A DNA stretch of 64,000 bases from a virus (IMGVR_UViG_3300020577_004280:64001-128000); one strand, 5' to 3'; numbered from the stretch's first letter, positions 18,804-28,739 are shown. The notes: generated from the sequence alone by a model not told the origin. Made by a program: numbers and translations.

Positions 18804-19317
18804 TGATATTCTAACATGTAAGCGTTGCCCACTATCTTCTTTTCATAGTCCGGTTAAACCATTATGGTTTTCCAATAAGCCCACAGTTATGATGGTTTTT
18901 GGACATCCGGCTAAGGAAGAATTATTGATTAACGAACCGTTAGCTATTAATGTGAAGTTATTTATCAAAAAACATGTAGATTTAGAAAAGATATATTTTA
19001 CCAACTTGGTCAAGTGTGGTTGTAAAGTAAGTAAAGTGCCAAACAAAAAAAGTATTAATGAATGTTCCGCTTGGATAAACCAAGAAATAGAGATGGTAAA
19101 ACCGAAAACAATTATATCTTGCGGCCAATTGGCCAACAAATACTTTTTTGGACAAACATTTAATAATGAAGCTAACTTATATTCTTCAAAAATCGTAGTC
19201 ATAGACCATAAACTACAATATAATTTAGTAGCATTTCCAAGTATATTTCAGACTTTAAATCACTCTAAACAAGAGGTAGAAGAATTGATTAAAAATCTAA
19301 AAAAGGAGATTATGTGA
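18790..19317 (+). CDS. Family-4 uracil-DNA glycosylase-like protein, catalytically divergent
   Basis: CKRCPL, YFTNLVKC, EC..W...EI..VKPK.II..G; the GEAPG and HPS motifs are replaced. Confidence 0.8.
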   Translation: MTLINDILTCKRCPLSSFHSPVKPLWFSNKPTVMMVFGHPAKEELLINEPLAINVKLFIKKHVDLEKIYFTNLVKCGCKVSKVPNKKSINECSAWINQEIEMVKPKTIISCGQLANKYFFGQTFNNEANLYSSKIVVIDHKLQYNLVAFPSIFQTLNHSKQEVEELIKNLKKEIM

Positions 19318-19805
19318 GTAAAGCATTCGGGATAGGCCATAAAGGCGAACAAGAGGTAATAGCTCTTTTAAATAGATGCGGAATTATTACAGAAAAAGAA
19401 CCAGATAAAGAAAAAAGATATGACCACGACCTAGTTTGCCAATTGGGTAAGAAGAGGTTTACTTGTGAAGTAAAATTTGATTCTATGGCGTGTCAAACAG
19501 GCAATCTAGCAATAGAATGGTGGAATTCAAAAAAAAACGAACCGAGCGGTCTTACAGTAACCAAAGCAAATTTATGGGTTCATTTAATAAGAGACGGTAG
19601 TAATATCACTGTATGGGTGACTAACACCAATACTCTGCGAGAGTATGTAAAAAATAATGAGCCACATAAGAAAATAGAGAAGGCGGGCGACGACAACGCA
19701 TCTCTGAATTTATATCGTACAGATGATATTCTTAGTATATTTGAAAGATTAGATAATATTTCAGATAAAGACGTATTAACAATTATAAGAAAGGCATTGA
19801 AATGA
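19314..19805 (+). CDS. PD-(D/E)XK nuclease-like protein
   Basis: G.KGE...DL...CEVKFD...TGN..IE...PSGL..TKA. Confidence 0.7.
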   Translation: MSKAFGIGHKGEQEVIALLNRCGIITEKEPDKEKRYDHDLVCQLGKKRFTCEVKFDSMACQTGNLAIEWWNSKKNEPSGLTVTKANLWVHLIRDGSNITVWVTNTNTLREYVKNNEPHKKIEKAGDDNASLNLYRTDDILSIFERLDNISDKDVLTIIRKALK

Positions 19806-20077
19806 GAAATATAATTTTTACACTAGTACTATTAACAACTTCTCTGTATGGACAAGGTACCATAGTGAGTAGACCCAATTACTTCAGAGGACAAACCTAC
19901 TACCAAAATGGTCGGTATTTAGGACAAAGTAGACAAAATATATTTGGCGGGCAAAACTACTATAATAATCAAGGTAGATATTTTATGCGAAGCATACCAA
20001 CATTGAACGGTGGATATAGATATAATTATATTGGAAACGGTTATAGAGGATATAATAACAGTCTGAGAGGTTGGTAA
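19802..20077 (+). CDS. small exported Gly/Tyr/Asn-rich repeat protein
   Basis: Signal-peptide-like MRNIIFTLVLLTTSLYG followed by S(R/I)xNxxGGxxYY repeats. Confidence 0.65.
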   Translation: MRNIIFTLVLLTTSLYGQGTIVSRPNYFRGQTYYQNGRYLGQSRQNIFGGQNYYNNQGRYFMRSIPTLNGGYRYNYIGNGYRGYNNSLRGW

Positions 20078-20775
20078 TGGGTAGGAATAATTACGTTTTT
20101 CTAGATTTTGAGACCGGAAGTAAAAACAAATACAAAACACAGCCGACACAATTAGCTGCTGTGGCGTTGGATGGTAGAACTGGCAAGATTATCAAAGGTA
20201 GTGAATTCTGCTCTTTTATTAAACCAATCTTTGACCCGTCTGAATGTAAAAAACTTGGAATTGATGAAATCCAAGATGAAGCTCTAGAGATTACCAAAAT
20301 CACAGTAGAACAACTTGAGACCGCCCCGGATATTAAAACCGTATGGAAAAGCTTCTGCGAGTATGTTGAGCGATATAGCGTAGGTAAAGGAAAATGGGAC
20401 GCTCCGGTAATGTGTGGTTATAACATTGAGGGGTTCGATAAGGAAATCATTCGTAGAATCGCTGGAGTGAAACCTTATAATCTCGGTCCATTTGATAAAG
20501 AATATCAGGAATGTACGTTATTTCATCCAATTGACCGAATCGATATCATGAAAGATGTTCAACAGTGGACAAGATTCAATACGAGTATTCGTTCTGTATC
20601 TATGGATTCTATGAGAACATATTTTGGGATGAAAAAAGAAGGTGCCCACAACGCTTTAGTTGACGTAAAACAGGGAGCTGCTATACTTGAGAAGTTCTTT
20701 GATTTGTATAAGAATATTTCTCCGCTAATTAAGTTTCAAGGATGTTTTGCTGGACACGCTGAATTCGGAGAGTAA
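20077..20775 (+). CDS. DEDDh 3'-5' exonuclease (Pol III epsilon/DnaQ-like)
   Basis: FLDFETG, GYNIEGFD, AHNALVDV. Confidence 0.9.
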   Translation: MGRNNYVFLDFETGSKNKYKTQPTQLAAVALDGRTGKIIKGSEFCSFIKPIFDPSECKKLGIDEIQDEALEITKITVEQLETAPDIKTVWKSFCEYVERYSVGKGKWDAPVMCGYNIEGFDKEIIRRIAGVKPYNLGPFDKEYQECTLFHPIDRIDIMKDVQQWTRFNTSIRSVSMDSMRTYFGMKKEGAHNALVDVKQGAAILEKFFDLYKNISPLIKFQGCFAGHAEFGE

Positions 20776-20814
20776 GCACGACTGTGTCGTGTATTTGGAT
20801 ATTAGGAGATTTTT

Positions 20815-22455
20815 GTGAATAAATACACTTTTTCTGATTGTAACTGCCAGATTGATATTATTGACGAAAAAATTAAAGAGTGTGATGGTCTACCCGGATT
20901 ATATATAGACTATAATAACCTAAATAAAGATTGTGTGAAAACTTGGGATTTGTTTGCCAAAGGTAAAACCAAGGGTGTATTTCAACTAGAAAAGAATTTA
21001 GGTAAACATTGGTCTAAGTTAGTACATCCTACATCTATAGAATATGTTTCCGCCTTAATCTCAATTTTAAGACCAGGAGTATTAGCTTTTATTACTAATG
21101 GTAAAAGTATGGCGCAGCACTATGTAGATAGAAGAAACGGTTTAGAAAATATTGAGTATATACATCCAGCATTAGAACAAATATTAGGTTCGACATATGG
21201 AATTATATGTTTTCAAGAACAATGTATTAGAATAGCGTCTATTATAGCTGGATTTAATTTACAAGAAGCAGATAGTCTAAGAAAAGCATGTGGTAAAAAG
21301 GACGCAAAATTAATGCTTTCATTAGAAAATAAGTTTGTTGATGGATGTGAGAAAACAGGATTAGTAGATAGAGAAATTGGTATAGAATTATTTGATAATA
21401 TTAAAAAATCTAATAGGTACGCGTTTAATCTCAGCCATTCTGTTGGTTACGGAGAAATTTCCTACTGGACAGCCTACGCTAAAGCACATTTTCCTTTACA
21501 ATTCTGTTGTTCATACCTATACTATGCTAGAGAGAAGATGAAACCACAAGAGGAAGTGGAAGAAATCATTCTTGACGCAAAAGATATGAATATCGATATC
21601 CTAACTCCAGATTTAAATCTGTTGTTCAACGGTGATTACGGCGATTTCTCAATATTCAAAGGAAAAATCAACTTTGGGGTAAGAAACATTAAAGGTTGTG
21701 GCGATTCTCATGTAGATAAGATGATTAAGATAATCGAAGAGGGACAACGCCTGATTGATAAATCAGTAAAAGATTGGTCATGGACAGAGTTGATGTTTCT
21801 ACTCTTCCTCAGATTAAATAAAACGATAGTGAACGGTCTAATCTCTGTTGGCGGCGTATCACATCTGGGTCTATCCAGACAGAAGATGTTGCATGATTAT
21901 AATCTATGTTCTGCTCTAGACGTAAAAGATTTAGCTATCATTCAAAATAACATTAAGTCTCTATCTTCAATAGAAGATTGTATATCGTTGCTTCATAAAA
22001 CTCCCAAATTACATAAAGCTAGAATTGCCAAATACTTAGAGATAACCAAAGGGATGAACGAAACTCCATTTGCTGTAGATGACCCGCCAGCTTGGATAGC
22101 AGAAAAGGAACAACACTATTTAGGCACATCCATAAGCTGTCTTAAATGTGACACGGTAGACCAAATCGGCAATACTACCTGTAAGGAGTTCAACGATGGC
22201 AAAGCTGAGAAAAATATGTCAATTGTCGGCGAATTGAAATCAATTCGAGAATTTTTAATAAAAAATGGTAACTTAGCTGGCCAAAAAATGTGTTTTGGTA
22301 CTATAGAAGATAGTAGTGGAAGGACAGATTTTTCGTTGTCACCGAAAGAATATCAGTCGTATTTGAATGAATTGTTCAAAGGTAATATAGTAATGATGAC
22401 TGGTGGAAAAGGAAAAAACAGCAACTTTCAAGTTAAGAAAGTAATTTCAGTATGA
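20815..22455 (+). CDS. dnaE: DNA polymerase III alpha, C-terminal half (fingers, HhH, OB)
   Basis: TKGVFQLE, LISILRPG, TYGIICFQEQ, ADSLRKA.GKK, YAFNLSH, YAKAHFP, GVRNIKG.G, MCFGTIED; AGGAG RBS + GTG. Confidence 0.92.
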   Translation: MNKYTFSDCNCQIDIIDEKIKECDGLPGLYIDYNNLNKDCVKTWDLFAKGKTKGVFQLEKNLGKHWSKLVHPTSIEYVSALISILRPGVLAFITNGKSMAQHYVDRRNGLENIEYIHPALEQILGSTYGIICFQEQCIRIASIIAGFNLQEADSLRKACGKKDAKLMLSLENKFVDGCEKTGLVDREIGIELFDNIKKSNRYAFNLSHSVGYGEISYWTAYAKAHFPLQFCCSYLYYAREKMKPQEEVEEIILDAKDMNIDILTPDLNLLFNGDYGDFSIFKGKINFGVRNIKGCGDSHVDKMIKIIEEGQRLIDKSVKDWSWTELMFLLFLRLNKTIVNGLISVGGVSHLGLSRQKMLHDYNLCSALDVKDLAIIQNNIKSLSSIEDCISLLHKTPKLHKARIAKYLEITKGMNETPFAVDDPPAWIAEKEQHYLGTSISCLKCDTVDQIGNTTCKEFNDGKAEKNMSIVGELKSIREFLIKNGNLAGQKMCFGTIEDSSGRTDFSLSPKEYQSYLNELFKGNIVMMTGGKGKNSNFQVKKVISV

Positions 22456-22943
22456 ATAAATGTTTAGAATTACATATAAAACATAATTATTTCGTTAAAG
22501 CTGAAAAATTAAAAGAAAATCAAGTTAAAGTTAGATTCCCAAAACATATAAAAGAATCTTTACCTGAATTGGAAACAACTTACCAATTATTAGATAAAGA
22601 ATTTATTATGTCATATAATGGTAAACTGCGTAAATTAAAATCACCTAATTACGCATTAAGAACTTTAATGATGGCGGATATTCTGATTAATTTAGATGTC
22701 TATGATATAGCTACAGAATTAATAGTTTTATATGAAAATAATGAAATAGTAAAACCAGCTAATGGTTTAATGGATTTAATCAAACCTACATTCGACGCCG
22801 GTGATGAAAAAAAAGAATTAGGAATGACCACAATATTAACCCAAGTTGTATTGGGAGATTTTAGTGATGTCAAACAGAATACAGAAAAGTTTGATATCGA
22901 AGAAGGTGTAGAAGTTTTATTTTTATTGTTACAAGGAGATTGA
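22452..22943 (+). CDS. hypothetical protein
   Basis: 163 aa, coupled at both ends. Confidence 0.65.
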   Translation: MNKCLELHIKHNYFVKAEKLKENQVKVRFPKHIKESLPELETTYQLLDKEFIMSYNGKLRKLKSPNYALRTLMMADILINLDVYDIATELIVLYENNEIVKPANGLMDLIKPTFDAGDEKKELGMTTILTQVVLGDFSDVKQNTEKFDIEEGVEVLFLLLQGD

Positions 22944-23335
22944 AAATGTTTAAAGCGTTCGGCGAAGGTCGATTTGTGAAAGACCCAGTAGTAAAAGAAG
23001 TAGGTAATACAAGAGTAGCTAAGTTTACACTAGCTGTAAACGAATATCGAAAAGCCAAAGAAGGTGCTGTAGACGGCGACGACAATAAGATTACCAGTTT
23101 CTTTGATTTTGAAGCTTGGGATACGGCGGCCGATGTTATCGGTAAGCTATGTCAAAAGGGCACACGTATGTTAGTATCAGCTAAACCACGCCAAGATAGT
23201 TGGAAGGATAAGGAAGATAAACCACATTCCCGTATCCTATTCAGAGTTGAAGAATTCACTATTCTTGACAAGCGTAAAGAGCTAGAACCTGTTGCTGCAA
23301 CATCAGATATGTCAGCAGATGACAAGCCGTTCTAA
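22940..23335 (+). CDS. ssb: Single-stranded DNA-binding protein
   Basis: GRFVKDP, FTLAVN, FFDFEAW, KG, acidic DDKPF tail. Confidence 0.9.
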   Translation: MKMFKAFGEGRFVKDPVVKEVGNTRVAKFTLAVNEYRKAKEGAVDGDDNKITSFFDFEAWDTAADVIGKLCQKGTRMLVSAKPRQDSWKDKEDKPHSRILFRVEEFTILDKRKELEPVAATSDMSADDKPF

Positions 23336-23355
23336 CACTTTAAATCATATCTAAC

Positions 23356-23396
23356 ACTAGTCGGGAACTAATCACTCCCGGCTAGTTTTCTATTTT
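23356..23396 (+). terminator. Rho-independent terminator after ssb
   Basis: ACTAGTCGGGA-9 nt loop-TCCCGGCTAGT (one G-U pair) followed by TTTCTATTTT. Confidence 0.8.
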
Positions 23397-23409
23397 ATAT
23401 ATTAATTTT

Positions 23410-26217
23410 ATGTCAAAAACAAAAATTCTAGCATGTACAGAAGCGACCTATCTATCTAGCGGTTATGCTAAATATTATAACGCTTTACTAAACTATCTTC
23501 ATAGTACGGGTGAGTTTGAGATTTGCGAACTAGCTTCGTGGGGTGATAATGCTGACCCACGTTCACACACTATACCTTGGAAATTTGTAGGCAATTTACC
23601 TTTTGGCGCAACATTTAATCAAGCTGACCCAAAAGAAATTCAGGCTTATGAATCAAATCCATATAACAAGTTTGGTGCGTTTAAGTTTGAGAAAACCGTT
23701 CTGGATTTTAAACCAGACCACGTTTGTGTACCGCCAGACTCTTTAGTATTTACCTCAGACGGTTATAAAGAAATACAAAATGTAAAAGTCGGAGACCAAG
23801 TTTTAACACATCTTGGTAGATTTAAACGTGTAATTTCTACTATGAAAAGACAATATAGTGGCAATATACGTAAAATATTTACTTACGGAAATGAATCACC
23901 GTTAGTTTGCACAGAGAATCACCCTGTATATAATTTCAAGTATACAAAAAGAAGTCATAATAAACGTAACAATTCATCAGTCTATTCATGTCAGCAGCCA
24001 GTATTTACCGAAGCTGATAAAATAAAAATAGGAGATTTAACATGTTTTCCTATTTTAACACAAAATAATCAAATATATCATACTATTAACGTATATGATT
24101 ATTTAGATAACGGTTATGTTGAAAATAATGAAGTTTCAACTAGTTTGCGTAGTAACAAAATTAATAATACAATCAAAATTGATAAAAATTTTGGTAGATT
24201 AATTGGATATATAATAGGAGATGGGTATATTGGCCCACATAGTGTGAATATCACATTTCATGGCGATGAAGATAGATTTGCAAAAGACGCAATAAAATTG
24301 TTTAAAGATATTTTTAATATTGATAGCAAAATTAGAAGTTGTGTACCTGATGGCAAAAATTGTATCACTGTCAGCGCGAATTCTATAGTCTTGAAAGAGT
24401 TTTTAAGTAAATTTATAGTTCATCACGATATTCCAAAAGTCTTTTGGATGTCTCCAGATGACGTAAAAGAAGGGTTAATCTGTGGTCTAACGCGTGCAGA
24501 CGGGTGTTATAAAAAAAATACAGTTAGTTTTGCGTCAATTGATAAAAAATTGGCTTATAATTATAAACAATTGTGCGTCCAATTAGGAATTCCAGTTAAT
24601 ATTACTAAAACAAAGAAAAAAACAGAAACTAATAATTTAAACGATTACTATGAAGTAAATGGATACGGGTCTTCAGCAACTACTTTACATACGATAGTTG
24701 ATAAGTATACTCCAGACTTATTGACACCATACGCTAATTCAAAGAGACCAAATCGTAAAACACAAATTATTAAGCATTGTATGACAACCGCTGTGCGAAT
24801 TAATAGGATAGATAAATATAAGGGTACAGTATATAATTTAGAAGTGGAAGATGATAATTCCTATGTTGTAGACAATTTCTGTGTACACAATTGTGACGTT
24901 AGAGACATTTGGCATTCACAACACGCCATTTCATCCCCTCTACGGCCATACTATAATCTTATCTTAATGCCAGCGATTGATGCCGAACCTCAAAAAGACG
25001 AGTGGGTATCACATTATAAAAGTGCCGACGCAATCATTACTTATACCGATTGGGCCAAAGATATATTAAACAAAATAAGTGGTTCTACTATTAAAACCAC
25101 TGTTTCAGCTTCACCTGTTTGCGATACATGTTTTACACCAGTGCTAGATAAAGCCAAACATAAACAAATGATGGGTTTTTCGCCTGAAATGAAGGTAATT
25201 GGTACAGTAATGCGTAACCAAAGAAGAAAATTATTTCCGGCATTAATCGAAACGTTTGAACGATACATTATAGATAATAATATCAATGACACCTATTTAT
25301 ACTGTCACACATCTTATCCAGATGATGGGTTCGATTTTCCGTCATTAATCAAATCATCAAAAATAGGTCATAAGATGATTTTTACTTACGTTTGTCGCAA
25401 ATGTGGCAATGTATCTCCTGGATTTTTCAAAGACGCCAAAACTGTTTGTACAAGATGTAATCATCTAGCTATGGGTATGCCAAATACCACTGTATCAGTA
25501 TCCAACGAAGTTTTATCACAAATATACAATTCTTTCGATATTTATGTACAATATGCTAGTCTTGAAGGATTCGGAATGCCTGTAGTAGAAGCCGCCGCAT
25601 GCGGTGTTCCTGTTATGGCGACTGATTATTCAGCTATGTCAGAAGTAGTAAGAAAATTATCTGGCATACCTTTAAAAGTAAAATATTTTAATACTGAAAT
25701 GGAAAGTGGCAGAAGATGGGCTTATCCAGACAATGATTACTTTATAGATAAGCTTAAAGAATTTTTTAACGCTAGTGAATCTAATATCAGGGCTTTATCC
25801 GCAATCACTAGACAGCGTTTTGAACAACACTATAATAATTGGGGAACAGTTGGTAGAAAATGGTATGATGTTATAAAGTTATTACCAAACAAAAATTTAT
25901 GGGATGCTCCACCTAATATAAATTATCCTCCAGCTTTTGATGAAAAACCATATATTTCCAATACTGATTATGCTAAATGGTTAATTTGTGATGTATTAGG
26001 AAGACCAGAATTTATGGGCACTAATATGGAATTAAGATTAATCAGAGACCTTAATTTTAATGCTACAAATTATGGTATGGGTGGTATGTATTATAATGAA
26101 GAAAGCTGCGAAGTAATAAATTCTAAGATAGAAGATTTTGACCGCAGTAAGGCATACCATCATATGTTGGGTTTATGTGAACATAAAAATACTCTTGAAA
26201 GATTAAGAACACAATGA
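23410..26217 (+). CDS. GT4 (GT-B) glycosyltransferase with intein and internal zinc ribbon
   Basis: SGYA N-terminal loop, RNQRRK, EGFGMPVVEAAACG.PV; CRKC..CTRC insert. Confidence 0.88.
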   Translation: MSKTKILACTEATYLSSGYAKYYNALLNYLHSTGEFEICELASWGDNADPRSHTIPWKFVGNLPFGATFNQADPKEIQAYESNPYNKFGAFKFEKTVLDFKPDHVCVPPDSLVFTSDGYKEIQNVKVGDQVLTHLGRFKRVISTMKRQYSGNIRKIFTYGNESPLVCTENHPVYNFKYTKRSHNKRNNSSVYSCQQPVFTEADKIKIGDLTCFPILTQNNQIYHTINVYDYLDNGYVENNEVSTSLRSNKINNTIKIDKNFGRLIGYIIGDGYIGPHSVNITFHGDEDRFAKDAIKLFKDIFNIDSKIRSCVPDGKNCITVSANSIVLKEFLSKFIVHHDIPKVFWMSPDDVKEGLICGLTRADGCYKKNTVSFASIDKKLAYNYKQLCVQLGIPVNITKTKKKTETNNLNDYYEVNGYGSSATTLHTIVDKYTPDLLTPYANSKRPNRKTQIIKHCMTTAVRINRIDKYKGTVYNLEVEDDNSYVVDNFCVHNCDVRDIWHSQHAISSPLRPYYNLILMPAIDAEPQKDEWVSHYKSADAIITYTDWAKDILNKISGSTIKTTVSASPVCDTCFTPVLDKAKHKQMMGFSPEMKVIGTVMRNQRRKLFPALIETFERYIIDNNINDTYLYCHTSYPDDGFDFPSLIKSSKIGHKMIFTYVCRKCGNVSPGFFKDAKTVCTRCNHLAMGMPNTTVSVSNEVLSQIYNSFDIYVQYASLEGFGMPVVEAAACGVPVMATDYSAMSEVVRKLSGIPLKVKYFNTEMESGRRWAYPDNDYFIDKLKEFFNASESNIRALSAITRQRFEQHYNNWGTVGRKWYDVIKLLPNKNLWDAPPNINYPPAFDEKPYISNTDYAKWLICDVLGRPEFMGTNMELRLIRDLNFNATNYGMGGMYYNEESCEVINSKIEDFDRSKAYHHMLGLCEHKNTLERLRTQ
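23725..24891 (+). mobile_element. Class 1 intein with LAGLIDADG homing endonuclease
   Basis: CVPPDSLV...CTENHP...LIGYIIGDG...GLTRADG...VYNLEV...VHN|C. Confidence 0.92.
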
Positions 26218-27317
26218 GAGTCTTATATATAAGTCATTTATTAGAACAAAGCGGGTGGGGTCAAGCTAGTAGAGATATTCTACAAGCTATGGATTCTGTC
26301 GGTATTGACGTAGTACCACGAATAGTTTACGCTAATAATCCAGCTTATAAACCGCAAGGTAGAATGTTAGCTTTACTACAGAAAAATAGTCAAAATTGTG
26401 ATGTAGTAATCCAGCATGTATTGCCGCACCTATTTCAATATAATGGAAACTTTAAAAAAAATATCGGTTTATACTACTCAGAAAGTAGTAATCTAAATTA
26501 CACACCATATTTTTCTTACCTAAATATGATGGATGAGTTGTGGGTACCATCTAAATTGATGGTGCGTCAAGCTAAAGAAAGTGGCGTAAAAACACCAATA
26601 TATCAAATACCTCACCCGTTTAACCAGATTGATACCAGCAAATACAATAAGCTACCAATAGCAGAATGTGAGATTGATGATTATGTGTTTTATTATTTAG
26701 GAGAAGCCAGTCGCAGGAAAAACTTAAGTGCTTTAATTAGAGCTTTTCATGCAGAGTTTTCATTTAATGAACCTGTGCAGTTAGTTATTAAAGCTAATAA
26801 ACCGGGAATGAGTAATATAGATTGCTCTAATTTTATCAACGAAATTTCTGCTGCTGCTAAAGAAAATTCAAAACTATACTATAATACAAATAAATTTAAA
26901 CAAGAAATTATTATCACTAGTGATATGACCGACGATAATATTAGAGAATTGCATAAAACATGCGATTGTTTAGTTGTACCTTCTAGTGGAGAAGCTATTA
27001 ACCTTCCGGCAATGGATGCCTTAAACTTTGGTAATATAGTGGTTGGTAATGCGATGACAGGTATTAGTGAGTTTATCAGACATACAGAAAATGGTTATTT
27101 AGTTGATGCTCATGAGAAAAAATGCTACGGTATGATTGAAGGATTTCAAGATATGTACTCCGCTCGCGAATCATGCTACGAAATAGATGAAATAGATTTG
27201 ATGAGGGGTATGAGATGGGCTTATAATAATAGAGATAAAAATACCACTACACTATCTCCTACTATAGAGGAAGTTGGTTTAATGATTAAGGAAAGATTAA
27301 ATGAATCAAGTAAGTAG
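26214..27317 (+). CDS. GT4-like glycosyltransferase
   Basis: SGWGQA, DELWVPS, RKNL, VPSSGEAINLPAMDA. Confidence 0.85.
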   Translation: MRVLYISHLLEQSGWGQASRDILQAMDSVGIDVVPRIVYANNPAYKPQGRMLALLQKNSQNCDVVIQHVLPHLFQYNGNFKKNIGLYYSESSNLNYTPYFSYLNMMDELWVPSKLMVRQAKESGVKTPIYQIPHPFNQIDTSKYNKLPIAECEIDDYVFYYLGEASRRKNLSALIRAFHAEFSFNEPVQLVIKANKPGMSNIDCSNFINEISAAAKENSKLYYNTNKFKQEIIITSDMTDDNIRELHKTCDCLVVPSSGEAINLPAMDALNFGNIVVGNAMTGISEFIRHTENGYLVDAHEKKCYGMIEGFQDMYSARESCYEIDEIDLMRGMRWAYNNRDKNTTTLSPTIEEVGLMIKERLNESSK

Positions 27318-28296
27318 TATATTAAGAGAAGCTACAAGAAATAAATTAGATAGACTTAATATTATCACCGCTCCAACCCACGAAACCTATTCCACTAATA
27401 TGAGCGGAGTAAACGCAGATTTCTATATGTTTCAACATCCATCATTTAAAAAATGGAATAATTCTTTCCGTGGTATGCCAAAAAATCACAGATTGTTAGA
27501 TGAAAGATTAGAATTAAAGCAACTCCCACAATATATAGATTATGATGTAGTATTAAGTCAAAATAAGTTTGGTCAATATGATGTGTTATCACAGATTGCC
27601 AAACACTACGGACTCCCATTAATCAGTCTTGAACATACTCTACCAATGGCTGAATGGCCACCTGCTCAAATGCAGAGAATGAAAAGTATGCAGGGTGATA
27701 TCAATCTATTTATTTCAGAATACAGTAAGAATAAATGGGGATTTGATGATGTCCCAAACACATACGTTATACATCACGGCGTAGATTCTGATACCTTTTG
27801 TCCGGGAAACAAAGAACGTTTACCTAGAATTTTATCAGTTGTAAATGATTGGATTAATAGAGATTGGTGTTGTGGGTTTAGTATTTGGCAAAGAGTAACA
27901 CAAGGATTACCTGTATTTCCAATTGGAGACACAAAAGGATTCTCAAGACAGTCAAATAGTACAGAAGAATTAGTTGATTTTTATCAAACATCACAAATTT
28001 TTATTAACACGTCAACTGTTAGTCCAATCCCATGTGCTTTACTCGAAGGTATGTCAACAGGTTGCGCATGTTTATCTACAGCTACTTGTATGATACCAGA
28101 AATTATACAACACGGCTATAACGGTTTTATTACCAATGATGAAAAAGAAATGCGTAACTATCTAGAGTTACTACTTAATGACGAGAAGTTAAGAAATGAA
28201 CTTGGACAAAACGCAAGAAAAACCATAGTCGAAAAATTCTCTTTGGAAAAATTTACTGAAAACTGGGATAACTTTTTAAGAATGGTGATTAAGTGA
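27301..28296 (+). CDS. GT4 glycosyltransferase
   Basis: HGVDSDTF, LLEGMSTG, PEII.HG.NGF, LGQNARKT...FS. Confidence 0.87.
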   Translation: MNQVSSILREATRNKLDRLNIITAPTHETYSTNMSGVNADFYMFQHPSFKKWNNSFRGMPKNHRLLDERLELKQLPQYIDYDVVLSQNKFGQYDVLSQIAKHYGLPLISLEHTLPMAEWPPAQMQRMKSMQGDINLFISEYSKNKWGFDDVPNTYVIHHGVDSDTFCPGNKERLPRILSVVNDWINRDWCCGFSIWQRVTQGLPVFPIGDTKGFSRQSNSTEELVDFYQTSQIFINTSTVSPIPCALLEGMSTGCACLSTATCMIPEIIQHGYNGFITNDEKEMRNYLELLLNDEKLRNELGQNARKTIVEKFSLEKFTENWDNFLRMVIK

Positions 28297-28739
28297 AAGC
28301 ATTTATAACAATATCAGAGCCAGCTATAGAAGGCTATACATACATCTCACCTTTATTGGGACATTATTTAAATGATATATCAAATTTGGTAGAGAATAAT
28401 GAATGTACAGAAATTTTAGCCCCGTCAATTATTAATTACTTACCATTCAACCAATTACAACAAACTATATCTAATTGGGTTAGTAAGCTTAGACACGGCG
28501 GTAAAATTATTATTGGTGGATACGATATGTATGAAATAGCCAAAAGAATTGTACGGGGAGAGATAGAAACTGATTTAGCTAATGTCCTACTTTATGGACA
28601 ACAAATCAATGTATGGGATGTGCAAAGAAGTCAAATTACACTAACAGATTTAGTAGACTTAATGACGCATTTGGGATTAAAAGTAATTAAGAAAAAATTA
28701 GATGGAGTAGAAATGATAGTAGAGGCGGTGAGACCATAA
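28293..28739 (+). CDS. truncated/degenerate class I methyltransferase-like protein
   Basis: W..KLRHGGKIII segment resembles the MTase C-terminal half; no SAM-binding glycine loop. Confidence 0.55.
   Translation: MKAFITISEPAIEGYTYISPLLGHYLNDISNLVENNECTEILAPSIINYLPFNQLQQTISNWVSKLRHGGKIIIGGYDMYEIAKRIVRGEIETDLANVLLYGQQINVWDVQRSQITLTDLVDLMTHLGLKVIKKKLDGVEMIVEAVRP

Noticed and set aside
18400-21000. Split intein or group I intron joining the dnaE halves
   Set aside because: No intein terminal motifs, and the gap is filled by intact coupled genes with no room for an intron core.
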